A stretch of DNA of 64,000 nucleotides. It comes from Thainema sp. (GTDB lineage: Bacteria > Cyanobacteriota > Cyanobacteriia > Phormidesmidales > Phormidesmidaceae). Numbering within the stretch: the stretch's first letter is position 1; each line of letters opens with the position of its first letter. The stretch spans positions 64,001 to 128,000 of the forward strand of contig JBQLZK010000002.1 in NCBI GenBank assembly GCA_052168235.1, written 5' to 3'. The notes under the pieces are model-generated. The model did not search any database. It was not told where the DNA came from and saw nothing but the letters and a program-made list of their open reading frames with translations. Shown piece after piece: positions 1-9,686 of this stretch. The position numbers were made by a program, and so were the translations under genes.

Positions 1-2006
1 CTGGTAGCGTTCTCCTCGTGATGGCTGCTACGGGCGAAACCCGCATTGATCTGATGGATCGGCTGCTGGCTCAAACTCAAGGTCGGTTGCCTGTCGAATC
101 CACAACGCCACTGGGCTTTATTCAATCGGAAGTACAGCTTTTTTGGCCGCTGCTACGGCAGCAACTCGACATCAGCACTCAGTTTCCGATTCGGCTCCGT
201 CCCGAAAAGGAGCAGGAGTTGGCCACTCAGCTTTGGCAGTCTGATTTAGAGCAGGGACGGCTGCAAATGGATGGCGTCTCGGAGTTTTACCAAGTCCGGC
301 GCATCCTTGATTTGGTTCAATTGGCGGCCTTCGCGATGGTGCCGCTAGAGGATATTCCCACCCTGATGACCGAGGGTTGGACGCAGACCAATCCTGCACA
401 GCTATGGCAAACCGTGGGCGAGGCGATTCTACACTGGCGCTCATGGTGTTTGGAACAGGGACTGCTGAGTTATGGCTTGATGACGGATTTGTATTGGCAA
501 TACTTGTTGCCCCATCCCCTCTATCAAGAGCGATTGCGATCGCGTTTTTGGGGTGTTCTAGCCGATGATGTGGATGAATATCCTGCGATCGCACATGCCT
601 GGTTTTCTTGTTTACTTGATCAGGGTGCGGTCGGTGCGTTCACGTTTAATCCGGATGGGCAGGTGCGGTTAGGTCAGGGGGCTGATCCGCCGTACATTGA
701 GCAACTGGCCGGACGCTGTGAAATTATTGCCCTGGAGCATGCTTCTGTGGATTCTCTAGGTTTTACCTGGAGCGAATCGATCATTAACTGGGTGCAAGAT
801 CCGTTTACGATTGAGGAACTACCAGAACCGTTTACGGCGATTCAAGAAACCTCGCGGGCACAGCTTTTGCGCCGATTGGGAGAGGCGATTACTCATGCAG
901 TTCAAACGGGGCAAGTGGAACCCAAAGATATTGCCATCATCGGTCCAGGTCTTGATCCAATCGCTCGCTATACGCTGACCGAAATCTTGTCTAAACAGGG
1001 GATTCCGATCACCATTCTGAACGATCAGCGACCGCTGATTAGCTCACCAATTGTGCGATCGCTGTTGACGCTGCTGTGTTTGATCTATCCCAACCTGGGC
1101 CGCTGGATCGATCGAGAAGCGATCGCAGAAATGTTAATTGTGTTTAGCCAAACCCCGGCTCAAACCGTAGGGCAATCCTGGATTGATCTAGCCCGCATTG
1201 ATCCCGTGCGAGCTGAACTGCTAGCCGATCACTGCTTTGAACCCCATCCCAATCAGCCCAAGCTGTTGCCAATGACCGCATTCTCCCGCTGGGATCGGCT
1301 GGGCCACCAAGCGGCGGAGGCTTATGAGAGCCTGTTGAACTGGCTCAATGACCAAATTCAACAGCAGCAGCAGCGGCTGATCCCTAGCGTTGTGGCATTA
1401 CTGGATCGGGCGATTCAACAGTTTCTCTGGCGGGGTAGCCACTTGCCCTATGATCAGCTGGCGGTGTTGCGGGAGCTAATCGAAACCGCTCAGCACTACT
1501 GGGATGTAGAGGGGCGACTCAGGCGAGAGGATGATTTAGGAGCTTCAGAAGCTTCAGGGGCTTCGGGAGAAATTGCAGATTTCATTCAGCTTTTACGCTC
1601 TGGTGCGGTTAGTGCTGATCCCTATCCGGCTAAGCCCGTTGAGCAAACCCCGCCGATCACCCTAGCCACGGTGTATCAGTATCGTGCGCGCCGCCTGTCT
1701 CACCGCTGGCAGTTCTGGCTGGATGCGAGTTCTCCCCGCTGGCTCACGGGGGATGACAGTCGCTATGGTGCGCCCGTTTTCTGGCGCGACAGACCGCTGC
1801 ATCCTTGGACAGCGGAAGACACACTCAACTTTGGCGAAGCACGACTGCGACGGATTCTGCTGGACTTATTGGCGCGTACATCTGATCGAGTGATTCTTTG
1901 TCACAGCGATTTGTCTACGAGTGGTCAGGATCAGACGGGGCCGTTGCAGACGTTGGTAAATGCGGCACAGGGGATTGAGAGTGAGGGAGTTAGGAGTGAG
2001 GAGTGA
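1..2006 (+). CDS. Conserved cyanobacterial protein with a degenerate UvrD/AddB-like helicase fold; 5' end lies outside the window
   Basis: The 662-aa ORF frame stays open to the window edge. Motifs LLSYGLMTDLY, GVLADDVDEY, DIAIIGPGLD and TLATVYQYR resemble SF1 helicase/AddB segments. Confidence 0.55.
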   Translation, partial: GSVLLVMAATGETRIDLMDRLLAQTQGRLPVESTTPLGFIQSEVQLFWPLLRQQLDISTQFPIRLRPEKEQELATQLWQSDLEQGRLQMDGVSEFYQVRRILDLVQLAAFAMVPLEDIPTLMTEGWTQTNPAQLWQTVGEAILHWRSWCLEQGLLSYGLMTDLYWQYLLPHPLYQERLRSRFWGVLADDVDEYPAIAHAWFSCLLDQGAVGAFTFNPDGQVRLGQGADPPYIEQLAGRCEIIALEHASVDSLGFTWSESIINWVQDPFTIEELPEPFTAIQETSRAQLLRRLGEAITHAVQTGQVEPKDIAIIGPGLDPIARYTLTEILSKQGIPITILNDQRPLISSPIVRSLLTLLCLIYPNLGRWIDREAIAEMLIVFSQTPAQTVGQSWIDLARIDPVRAELLADHCFEPHPNQPKLLPMTAFSRWDRLGHQAAEAYESLLNWLNDQIQQQQQRLIPSVVALLDRAIQQFLWRGSHLPYDQLAVLRELIETAQHYWDVEGRLRREDDLGASEASGASGEIADFIQLLRSGAVSADPYPAKPVEQTPPITLATVYQYRARRLSHRWQFWLDASSPRWLTGDDSRYGAPVFWRDRPLHPWTAEDTLNFGEARLRRILLDLLARTSDRVILCHSDLSTSGQDQTGPLQTLVNAAQGIESEGVRSEE

Positions 2007-2013
2007 GAAGTAG
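1979..2013 (+). repeat. Short tandem heptamer repeats (GGAGTGA/GGAGTTA, STRR-like)
   Basis: gagtgag ggagtta ggagtga ggagtga gaagtag at the overlap of two convergent genes. Confidence 0.55.
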
Positions 2014-3708
2014 CGATTTTCCTTCCAAATACTCCGGCTTTTCAGCTTCGATTAAATCTAAAATCGTTGGCGCTAAATCGATCACCTCGGCTGTCGGCAA
2101 GTCAGTTCCAGGCTCAACTTGAGGGCTTTTCAGCAGCACGAATCCGTCCGGCATGTGTCCCCCAGTGCGGTAGTAGGTGATGGGGCCGATGCGTCCGAGC
2201 ATTGGATGATCCACAACATCCGTGACCTGATCGTGCCAGAGCACCACCAAATCGGCATCGGGTAACTGGGGATCGCAACTGATTGCTTGATCCTGCGATC
2301 GCACGTTTACCACCGACTTGACTAACGGCTGACCTGTCCGGGCATCCGTTAGCTGATACAGCAGTTGAGTCAGCTCCTCACAGGTTTGCTCATAGTCAGC
2401 TACGTCAACCACACCCTGACCTTCTCGACCTGCTAGATTAATCCGAATATGCCCAGCCGCAAAGGCAGGCAGGGCAAAGGCTTTCATCTGCGGCCAGAGA
2501 TTGGCGTACCACATGGCGGGCATCCAATTAAGGGGCTGATTGCGATCGCGCATTTCATAGGGCGAGGTTAAGCGGGGATTCGAGCCAGCGTTGAGCCAGG
2601 TATCGAACCGACTCGGCACCCAGGGCATCAGCAGTCGCTTGAGCGGATTGGGGTCGTAGCGGCGCTGCCACACTTCGCCTGCCCAGCTTTTGCGACGGGG
2701 ATGCAGGTAAGGAGGACGCGGAGGACGGTTGGTTGTATTTGGTGCGATCGCAACTTGCCCCGGAAAGCTGTAGCGGTACATCAGCTCCGGCAGGATGGTC
2801 ATGCTGTTCATGTCGGTGACGTTGTCGCCCATGCCGTGAACGGCGAAGATCACCACTTGAGCATCGTCAGGAGCAGCCGCCACAATCTCACCAATGGCCT
2901 GATCGATGTGTTGGAAGGCAGTTAGTAGTGGGTCGTTGGTAGGTTGGTGCTCAGCGATGGATTGATTCGTGCTATTCCCCTTCCGCGATCGCGGATGGAG
3001 GGGATGGCTGGCCTGGTGCAAGTGCCAGAGATCGTGACCAGCGGTATGAGATTCACCGAAAACGGTGAGCAGCAGATCCCACTGTTCTTGTTGCAGGAGT
3101 TCCTGACAGATCTGCGATCGCACGTTTGCGCTTTTGGCAATTCCCGTTTGAATACGCTCCAGATAACTCGCATCCCACCAGTTGCCGTAGTCCTGATGCA
3201 GCAGCGGATTTTTGCCGTAGCGCTGCAGCAAATCGGGCAGGACGTGTTCCGGCGACGAGCGGCTGGGTGTATGAGGCGCATGGCCACCCCAGCCCAGAAT
3301 TTGGATGCCGTTCACCTGATCGGCCAGCGCTGAAACAGGTACGTCAAATACTGCCAGCCGTCGCGACTCGTCTAGGCTCCAAAATGGTGGATACTGCTGA
3401 TAATCATAGGCTCCATTGATCGTGTCGTGAGTGATCCGATAGTCCTCCGCATCGAACTGAACCGGACTCCAGTACCCTGTCGTGTCAGGCCGACAGCCGC
3501 TGCTAAACATCACCCACAGTCGTTCCGTCGATGAAGTTTCGGTGAGATGGCCGCCGTAGTTGACCTGCGATCGCAGCCGACCGTAAGCTCCCTGCTGCCG
3601 GATGCGCTGCAAATGGGGCAGATCGCCACGCTGCATCCAGGTTTCTAAGCGATTGGGATCAGCCGCATCTAGGCCAATGGCAATAACGGGAGCTGACATA
3701 GAACTCAT
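1990..3708 (-). CDS. Alkaline phosphatase superfamily / nucleotide pyrophosphatase-type phosphodiesterase
   Basis: 572 aa with VIAIGLDAAD, ESHTAGHDLWH, FAVHGMG, RINLAGREGQG and C-terminal GGH...DLAPTILDL motifs. Confidence 0.8.
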   Translation of the reverse strand: MSSMSAPVIAIGLDAADPNRLETWMQRGDLPHLQRIRQQGAYGRLRSQVNYGGHLTETSSTERLWVMFSSGCRPDTTGYWSPVQFDAEDYRITHDTINGAYDYQQYPPFWSLDESRRLAVFDVPVSALADQVNGIQILGWGGHAPHTPSRSSPEHVLPDLLQRYGKNPLLHQDYGNWWDASYLERIQTGIAKSANVRSQICQELLQQEQWDLLLTVFGESHTAGHDLWHLHQASHPLHPRSRKGNSTNQSIAEHQPTNDPLLTAFQHIDQAIGEIVAAAPDDAQVVIFAVHGMGDNVTDMNSMTILPELMYRYSFPGQVAIAPNTTNRPPRPPYLHPRRKSWAGEVWQRRYDPNPLKRLLMPWVPSRFDTWLNAGSNPRLTSPYEMRDRNQPLNWMPAMWYANLWPQMKAFALPAFAAGHIRINLAGREGQGVVDVADYEQTCEELTQLLYQLTDARTGQPLVKSVVNVRSQDQAISCDPQLPDADLVVLWHDQVTDVVDHPMLGRIGPITYYRTGGHMPDGFVLLKSPQVEPGTDLPTAEVIDLAPTILDLIEAEKPEYLEGKSLLLTPHS

Positions 3709-3748
3709 AAGCTTAGGAACGCGGATTTAACAACGTGAAATTCTGGGG

Positions 3749-3777
3749 GTAGGGACACGGCATTGCCGTGTCCCTAC
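3749..3777. repeat. GTAG-type REP palindrome
   Basis: GTAGGGACACGGCA-T-TGCCGTGTCCCTAC, perfect 14-bp arms. Confidence 0.8.
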
Positions 3778-3814
3778 GGATGGAATGATTGATAGGCTAC
3801 TTAATTCACAATCT

Positions 3815-4981
3815 TTAGGGCCACAGGGCAGGTTCTTCCGCGACCGGATCGAGAGCGGAATCAAGGGGTTGTGGCGGACTGGAAACGCCCAGTTCTGTGG
3901 TGCCGGACTCTAGCGAGTTGCGATCGCACTTTAGCGATCGCACCTGAAATAAATTTATGAGAGCCGAGATCGCAGATCGTGCTGCTTGCGCCGTTTTACT
4001 CGAAAAAAAATGACTGGAAAAAAAAGCCCGCCATAAGTGCGATCGCATGAGCCAAAAGAAGGGGCTGATCAGGCTACACCACAGCATTTCCAATTCACAA
4101 GCTGTCACCACATCGCGCTTAGACTGACGCACGCTCATCGCTAAACCTAATAGATAGCGCCGCAGATCATTGCCAAAATACAGCACGCTCATCGCTGGCT
4201 GCTGCCAATTTGACCAGCGCATCATCCGAATATGATGACGGCTCAAGCCAATACAGCGCACTAGACTCAGCAGATAATCCGGTTCTAATCGCCAAGCCGG
4301 AATGTGGTGCCAAATTTCCAGCGTTGGTGCATACCAAATTTGCCAGCCTGCTTTTTGAATGTGCAGCACCGCCTCTAAATCTTCACTGGCCAAAAAGGCC
4401 TCTTTACCGCGATGATTCAAAACGAGCTGATGCGGAACCGATGCCAACCAGGCCTGACGCTGCACCACCAGTCCCGCTCCGGGCGGCAGCATTTTCTGAT
4501 CAAATTGATACTGATGAGCCTCTGCTCCCCGCTCCACAATGGCAAAGTAGGGCGCAATCTGCTCAAACCGCTCTGGCACCTGCACATCTGGCTCAAACCG
4601 AGGCCGCACCCGTCCGCCATAGGCACCCGCCTGTGGATGCGCTCGACCAAAGGCATAAGCCATCGCCACCCAATCTGGAGCAGGCCAGTTGTCATCATCT
4701 AAAAAGCCAATCCACTCACCTTGCGCCATTTCCACCGCCCGCTGCCGCGCAAAGGCCGCACCTTGCTTAGACTCCGTGCAATATCGCAAGGGCCATGCCG
4801 CTGTCCACTGCTGCTGATAATGCCGCACAATCTGCGCAGTTTGATCGGTGCTATTGTTATCCACCACCACAATTTCCCACCTAAACTGTTCGGTACCCGT
4901 TTGACGGTGCAGCCGATCGAGCACAGCGGGTAAACGCTGTTCCCCATTGAAGGTTGGAATGGCAATGGTGAAATCGACCAT
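3815..4981 (-). CDS. hpsE: GT2 glycosyltransferase, HpsE-like (hormogonium polysaccharide biosynthesis)
   Basis: DFTIAIPTFNG, VVDNNSTD, FLDDDN and LASEDLE motifs, typical of the cyanobacterial HpsE family. Confidence 0.75.
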   Translation of the reverse strand: MVDFTIAIPTFNGEQRLPAVLDRLHRQTGTEQFRWEIVVVDNNSTDQTAQIVRHYQQQWTAAWPLRYCTESKQGAAFARQRAVEMAQGEWIGFLDDDNWPAPDWVAMAYAFGRAHPQAGAYGGRVRPRFEPDVQVPERFEQIAPYFAIVERGAEAHQYQFDQKMLPPGAGLVVQRQAWLASVPHQLVLNHRGKEAFLASEDLEAVLHIQKAGWQIWYAPTLEIWHHIPAWRLEPDYLLSLVRCIGLSRHHIRMMRWSNWQQPAMSVLYFGNDLRRYLLGLAMSVRQSKRDVVTACELEMLWCSLISPFFWLMRSHLWRAFFSSHFFSSKTAQAARSAISALINLFQVRSLKCDRNSLESGTTELGVSSPPQPLDSALDPVAEEPALWP

Positions 4982-5618
4982 GAAGATTCCAGCAGAGTCC
5001 TAAGCCTAAGCGAATTTCGAGAATCGTCCAGATACAAGTGTTACGAAACAGCGTTGCCAGCTTGAATATTTCGCTTTGGATGTTTCGCTTATCTAGAGAA
5101 TGCACCGTTTATTAAGAAGTGGCAGTCAAACGCAGTCGGCTCCATGCTACTCGGTTTCGAAAAACAGAAACCGATCTCAATCACAGCATGCCTTCGGGAT
5201 TTAACCATCCCTCTTACCTTATAGAAACAGCAGATCTACAGCATGTTCCGAGCAAATGGTTCGTCTAACGACGTAGTCCATTGGGCTGAGGTTGCAGAAT
5301 CTACGGGAACTCTACAGTAAGAAAATAAAGATCATGTAAAGGCATATAGAATTACGTACCGCTCCTTTATGAAGTTTGCTACTTTTACTCATAAGGGTAT
5401 CTAGCTTTAATACCTTGGGTGCATTGTGTCGACTGGCTTTCGTACTTAAATTCCAGATGAGTACGAGCTTGATTATCGGCTTCGAACCGCTGTGCTAACG
5501 GAGCCAACATGTGTTCCATAGCAGCTCAAATGAGCGAGATCACAGCTCCTCGTAAACCTATGGCTTACGCTGGTCTACGAAATTCCACTGAGACAGCCAA
5601 ACAATATGACCAAACAAT

Positions 5619-6512
5619 ATGGGTAGTGGTTCGAGAAGGACATCTATCGGATTCGCAAGTTTTATGAAAAGCAGTTTAATCCTATTTGCTAAGCCACTGA
5701 TGCGATCGCAACCTGTCAAGGCCTGCGGCGTCGCCCTATTCTTTGCTGGACTTGCATTTGCCAGCCCAGCCAACGCCGCTAGTTATACCATCGACTTTGA
5801 AACCGATGCGGCTGGGAACCCGATTAAGGTTGGGAATGGCAAAAAATCAGACGGTAACGGCGATCTGATCAGTGATCAATGGCTCGACTGGGGGGTCAAC
5901 ATCAGTGCAGAGCGCAACGGTAGCCCGGAGCCTTTGCTGCTGTTCAACAGCAACTGCTTTGGAGAAAGCTGCACTGGCGACCCAGACGATGACTTGGCGA
6001 CTGGCGAACCGTTTGGGACAGAACCGCAGGGTAATGTGCTGATTATTCAGCAAAAGAACGATAAGCTCTGGGATCCCAATGATGATTGGCGGGGCGGCAC
6101 GATTAGCTTTGACTTTATGGATGGTGGTGTCAATCTGGACTCCATTACTCTGCTAGACGTGGACGATGACTTTGGCCGCAACGGTGTCGATAGCATCATG
6201 TTCACGGCTTATTTCACCGATGGTACGACTGAGGAAATTGATATTTTCTCGCTACCTAACGGGCCAGATGGCATTGTTAAACAACTATCCGATGTCACGG
6301 GGGACAACTCACTCTACGAGTTTTCACTTGGCCTATCTGACGTCATGAAGTTTGACGTGACTTATCCCGGTAGCGGTGCGATCGCATCTATTAAGTGGGA
6401 CGATGAAGTCACACGAGATATCCCTGAACCTGTTTCTGCCGTTGGCTTACTCGCCGCTAGTGCTATTGGTGCAGGTGCTACCTTGCGGCAAAAGCGAACC
6501 CGCCAATCCTAA
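5619..6512 (+). CDS. PEP-CTERM sorting domain secreted protein (start may be a downstream Met)
   Basis: Signal peptide ending PANA-AS, an Asp/Gly-rich body, and C-terminal IPEP + hydrophobic helix + basic tail RQKR. Confidence 0.85.
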   Translation: MGSGSRRTSIGFASFMKSSLILFAKPLMRSQPVKACGVALFFAGLAFASPANAASYTIDFETDAAGNPIKVGNGKKSDGNGDLISDQWLDWGVNISAERNGSPEPLLLFNSNCFGESCTGDPDDDLATGEPFGTEPQGNVLIIQQKNDKLWDPNDDWRGGTISFDFMDGGVNLDSITLLDVDDDFGRNGVDSIMFTAYFTDGTTEEIDIFSLPNGPDGIVKQLSDVTGDNSLYEFSLGLSDVMKFDVTYPGSGAIASIKWDDEVTRDIPEPVSAVGLLAASAIGAGATLRQKRTRQS

Positions 6513-6553
6513 TTCAAAATCAACTCCAAAACCCAAACTTCGAAGGCACAATC

Positions 6554-6591
6554 CGCCCAGTATCTCTTATCCTGAGGACTGGGCGTTTTTT
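6554..6591 (+). terminator. Rho-independent terminator of the PEP-CTERM gene
   Basis: CGCCCAGT...ACTGGGCG stem followed by T6. Confidence 0.7.
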
Positions 6592-6604
6592 GGCAGCTTA
6601 AACC

Positions 6605-7390
6605 GTGAAGATCGCGACTTGGAACGTTAACTCAATTCGAACCCGCTTAGCGCATGTCACCGAGTGGCTCGACACTAATCCGGTAGACGTACTCTGTCTC
6701 CAGGAAACCAAAGTGATCGACGATGATTTTCCGCGCGATCCCTTCGAGGAACGGGGCTATTCCCTCTACGTTTTCGGCCAAAAATCCTACAACGGTGTGG
6801 CAATGGTCAGCCGCGAACCGCTGAGTAATGTGCAGATGGGCTTTAGTGCGATCGCACCTTCGGAAACCGCCACAGAATTTGATGCCCAAAAGCGCGTCAT
6901 CACCGGAGTCGCCAACGGCATCCGCATCGTCAATCTCTATGTGCCCAATGGTTCCTCCATCGGCAGCGATAAGTATGACTACAAGCTGCGCTGGCTGAAA
7001 ACCCTGGAGCAGTATCTAGGAGTACTACTCGACCAGCCCGAACCGATCAACGTCTGCGGCGATTTCAATATTGCACTGGAAGACAAGGACATTCACAATC
7101 CGGAAAAACGAGAGAAGCACATCATGGCCTCGGACGCTGAACGCGAGGCACTGCAAAATGTTCTGCAACTGGGCTTCCAAGATGTCTTTCGCAAGTTCAC
7201 CGAAGACGGCGGCCACTTTAGCTGGTGGGACTACCGCGCCGCTTCGTTCCGCCGCAACCTCGGCTGGCGCATCGACCATCACTATGCCTCGGCCTCGCTC
7301 TATGAAAAAGCTCTAGCCTGCAAAATTGATGTGGAACCTCGCAAACTAGAAAAACCCAGCGATCACGCCCCCGTCATCGTCGAGTATTAA
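6605..7390 (+). CDS. xth: Exodeoxyribonuclease III
   Basis: KIATWNVNSIR, LQETK, GDFNIA, WWDYR, GWRIDH and SDHAPV motifs. Confidence 0.97.
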   Translation: MKIATWNVNSIRTRLAHVTEWLDTNPVDVLCLQETKVIDDDFPRDPFEERGYSLYVFGQKSYNGVAMVSREPLSNVQMGFSAIAPSETATEFDAQKRVITGVANGIRIVNLYVPNGSSIGSDKYDYKLRWLKTLEQYLGVLLDQPEPINVCGDFNIALEDKDIHNPEKREKHIMASDAEREALQNVLQLGFQDVFRKFTEDGGHFSWWDYRAASFRRNLGWRIDHHYASASLYEKALACKIDVEPRKLEKPSDHAPVIVEY

Positions 7391-7450
7391 ATGTGATGAC
7401 TCCTAATGTAATTGAGCGTGAGTTAGTGCGATCGCAATTTTGCATTTCTG

Positions 7451-7478
7451 GTAGGGGCGAATGGCCATTCGCCCCTAC
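7451..7478. repeat. GTAG-type REP palindrome
   Basis: GTAGGGGCGAATGGCCATTCGCCCCTAC, a perfect 28-bp palindrome. Confidence 0.8.
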
Positions 7479-7736
7479 GCAAGGTCTGACGATGATATTG
7501 CGGCGGAAATTCAGGCTGTACGCCAGCGATCCAAGTCGGTATGAGACCACAGACGGTTATTGATGCTTACGCTCATAGAACATTACAGATTTGTTACCGA
7601 TTTCTAAGCCGCTGATCGGTAGGGTATCCTCCCTACGGTAAGCTGGATATCTGTGAGTGAATTCGACGAGTTCATTCAGCGCCTTGATTGATCGATTTTT
7701 GTATCCTGTTTTAGTCAAATTGAGTCAAAGTCACTA

Positions 7737-8696
7737 ATGGTTGCTAGTCCTCCCCGCACGATTCGCATTGGTTCTCGGAAAAGCCAGTTGGCTATGGTGC
7801 AAACCCATTGGGTGCGCGATCGCTTGCAGGAATGCTATCCCGATCGCAAATTCGAAATCGAAACCATGAGCACCCAAGGCGACAAAATCCTCGACGTTGC
7901 CTTGGCCAAAATTGGCGACAAAGGTTTATTTACCAAAGAGCTAGAAATTGGCATGTTGGAGGGCAGCATTGACTTTGCCGTGCATTCCCTCAAAGATTTG
8001 CCGACCAACTTGCCCGAAGGCTTGATGCTGGGCTGCGTCACCGAGCGCGAAAACCCGGCTGATGCCCTGGTGGTTCACAGCAAATTCGAAGACAAGCAGA
8101 TCGATAAGCTGCCAGAAGGTGCCGTAATCGGGACATCGTCTCTGCGTCGTCTGGCTCAGCTGCGCCACCACTATCCGCATTTCACCTTCAAAGACGTGCG
8201 CGGCAACCTCAATACTCGCCTCGCCAAGCTGGATGCAGGTGAATATGATGCGCTGATCCTGGCTTACGCAGGTTTGGAGCGGTTAGGGATGCGCGATCGC
8301 ATTCATCAGGTTCTAGCACCGGAAGTGTCCCTACATGCTGTTGGCCAAGGCGCACTGGGCATCGAGTGCCGCTCCGATGATCCTGAAATTTTGGATCTCT
8401 TGAAAGCTATTCAGCATGAACCCACTGCTCAGCGCTGCGCTGCAGAGCGTTCCTTCCTGCGGGTGCTCGAAGGCGGTTGCCAAGTTCCCATCGGTGTGAA
8501 TACCGCGATTGAAGGTGATACGCTGACTCTAACTGGCATTGTGGCTAGCTTAGACGGCAAGCAACTCGTCAAAGGTACTGTGTCTGGTACTCCAGCGGAA
8601 GCAGAATCCTTGGGGATTCAACTCGCTAATCAGCTCAAGGCTGAAGGGGCTCAAGAAATTCTAGACGCAATCCTGGCTGAGATTCAGCGCAGCTAG
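7737..8696 (+). CDS. hemC: Hydroxymethylbilane synthase (porphobilinogen deaminase)
   Basis: [33 protein letters not shown] and LEGGCQVP motifs. Confidence 0.98.
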   Translation: MVASPPRTIRIGSRKSQLAMVQTHWVRDRLQECYPDRKFEIETMSTQGDKILDVALAKIGDKGLFTKELEIGMLEGSIDFAVHSLKDLPTNLPEGLMLGCVTERENPADALVVHSKFEDKQIDKLPEGAVIGTSSLRRLAQLRHHYPHFTFKDVRGNLNTRLAKLDAGEYDALILAYAGLERLGMRDRIHQVLAPEVSLHAVGQGALGIECRSDDPEILDLLKAIQHEPTAQRCAAERSFLRVLEGGCQVPIGVNTAIEGDTLTLTGIVASLDGKQLVKGTVSGTPAEAESLGIQLANQLKAEGAQEILDAILAEIQRS

Positions 8697-8732
8697 TTAT
8701 TCAGTGCAGCTAATTGGCTAGTTTCTATAACC

Positions 8733-8763
8733 ATAAAAGGCCGCGCATTGCGCGGCCTTTTAT
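8733..8763. terminator. Bidirectional terminator-like palindrome between convergent genes
   Basis: ATAAAAGGCCGCGCA-T-TGCGCGGCCTTTTAT. Confidence 0.7.
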
Positions 8764-8782
8764 CATGTCAATATTTTGTATA

Positions 8783-8876
8783 TACAGCGATAGCCATATT
8801 GGTTAGGACGTTGTTATGGCGCGGCATCGCCGCGCCATAACAACGTCCTTGTTCTAACTTAGCTGGCTACAGCTTC
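8783..8876. mobile_element. MITE family A, copy 1 (right end eroded)
   Basis: Left end TA-CAGCGATAGCCATATTGGTTAGGAC and right end GTTCTAACTTAGCTGGCTACAGC. Internal perfect 21-bp hairpin at 8805-8849. Ends shared with 17597-17690 and 52725-52822. Confidence 0.75.
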
Positions 8877-8881
8877 AATCG

Positions 8882-9634
8882 CTACAACGAGCCTGATTCC
8901 GTGTTGGTTGGGACAACGATATAACCAGATTCAAGATTGCCGAGGACGAGATTACGCTCAAGGCCCCAAACCCACCAGTAGGCAGCGATGTAGGCGCAAA
9001 TAATGCTGTCGAGGCGATCCTCTAGGTCTTTCAAGGCTTTGCCCGTTTTGGGAATTTTGGCCCAGTTGGTATGGGTGAGATTTAGTTTGGGAGTTTGGGT
9101 GGGTAAGCCGTTGAAAATGCGATCGCGCAATTGAGTTAACCCAATCTTCCGTTCGGCTAAACGCCCCTTCTTGTACTTTAGAATGCGCTCTAGCCCAAAC
9201 AGGCCGATCATGGCGGCATGGGGAAAGACTTCGATTTGGTAGCGCCCAAGCTGCTGGCGGGTAATCCTTGGTGCATGCACAAAACCACGCTGCTCTAAAC
9301 TGTGGCCTAATCCAGTGGTGCGCTCAGCAAAGGGACGCCCTAAATTGGCGGGATAGCAGCCAGCGTGATATTTGCCAAAATGCTGATGAGCTAGGCGATC
9401 TGGCCGTCTCATGCCTGTAGAGTTAGGAATAATCGTCGGTGCATCAACGGCAATTAGAGCGGGTTCACTGGCAGGTGCGATCTCATCTACCCAAGCCAAG
9501 ATATCTGCCATATCGGTTAGGCACCGCAGGTCAACCAGATGCAAACCGTCTTCAACATAATTGGGCTGGAGTTCTAGGCAGCATAAACCGCTAGCCCCCG
9601 AAGTCCACCCCAAATCAATCCCGATAAATTTCAA
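8882..9634 (-). CDS. DUF429 family predicted nuclease (RNase H fold)
   Basis: FIGIDLGW, IAVDAP, IEVFPH, LKYKKG and EDRLDSIICAY motifs. Confidence 0.85.
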   Translation of the reverse strand: MKFIGIDLGWTSGASGLCCLELQPNYVEDGLHLVDLRCLTDMADILAWVDEIAPASEPALIAVDAPTIIPNSTGMRRPDRLAHQHFGKYHAGCYPANLGRPFAERTTGLGHSLEQRGFVHAPRITRQQLGRYQIEVFPHAAMIGLFGLERILKYKKGRLAERKIGLTQLRDRIFNGLPTQTPKLNLTHTNWAKIPKTGKALKDLEDRLDSIICAYIAAYWWVWGLERNLVLGNLESGYIVVPTNTESGSL

Positions 9635-9686
9635 AAAGCTCGCTCGACAATCGCACTACGTTCGCTGATTATATGTTTCCTCCTTG

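Noticed and set aside
4210..4770. 186-aa plus-strand ORF and the many other short overlapping ORFs in the track
   Set aside because: They lie antisense or out of frame within well-supported genes and have no recognisable motifs.
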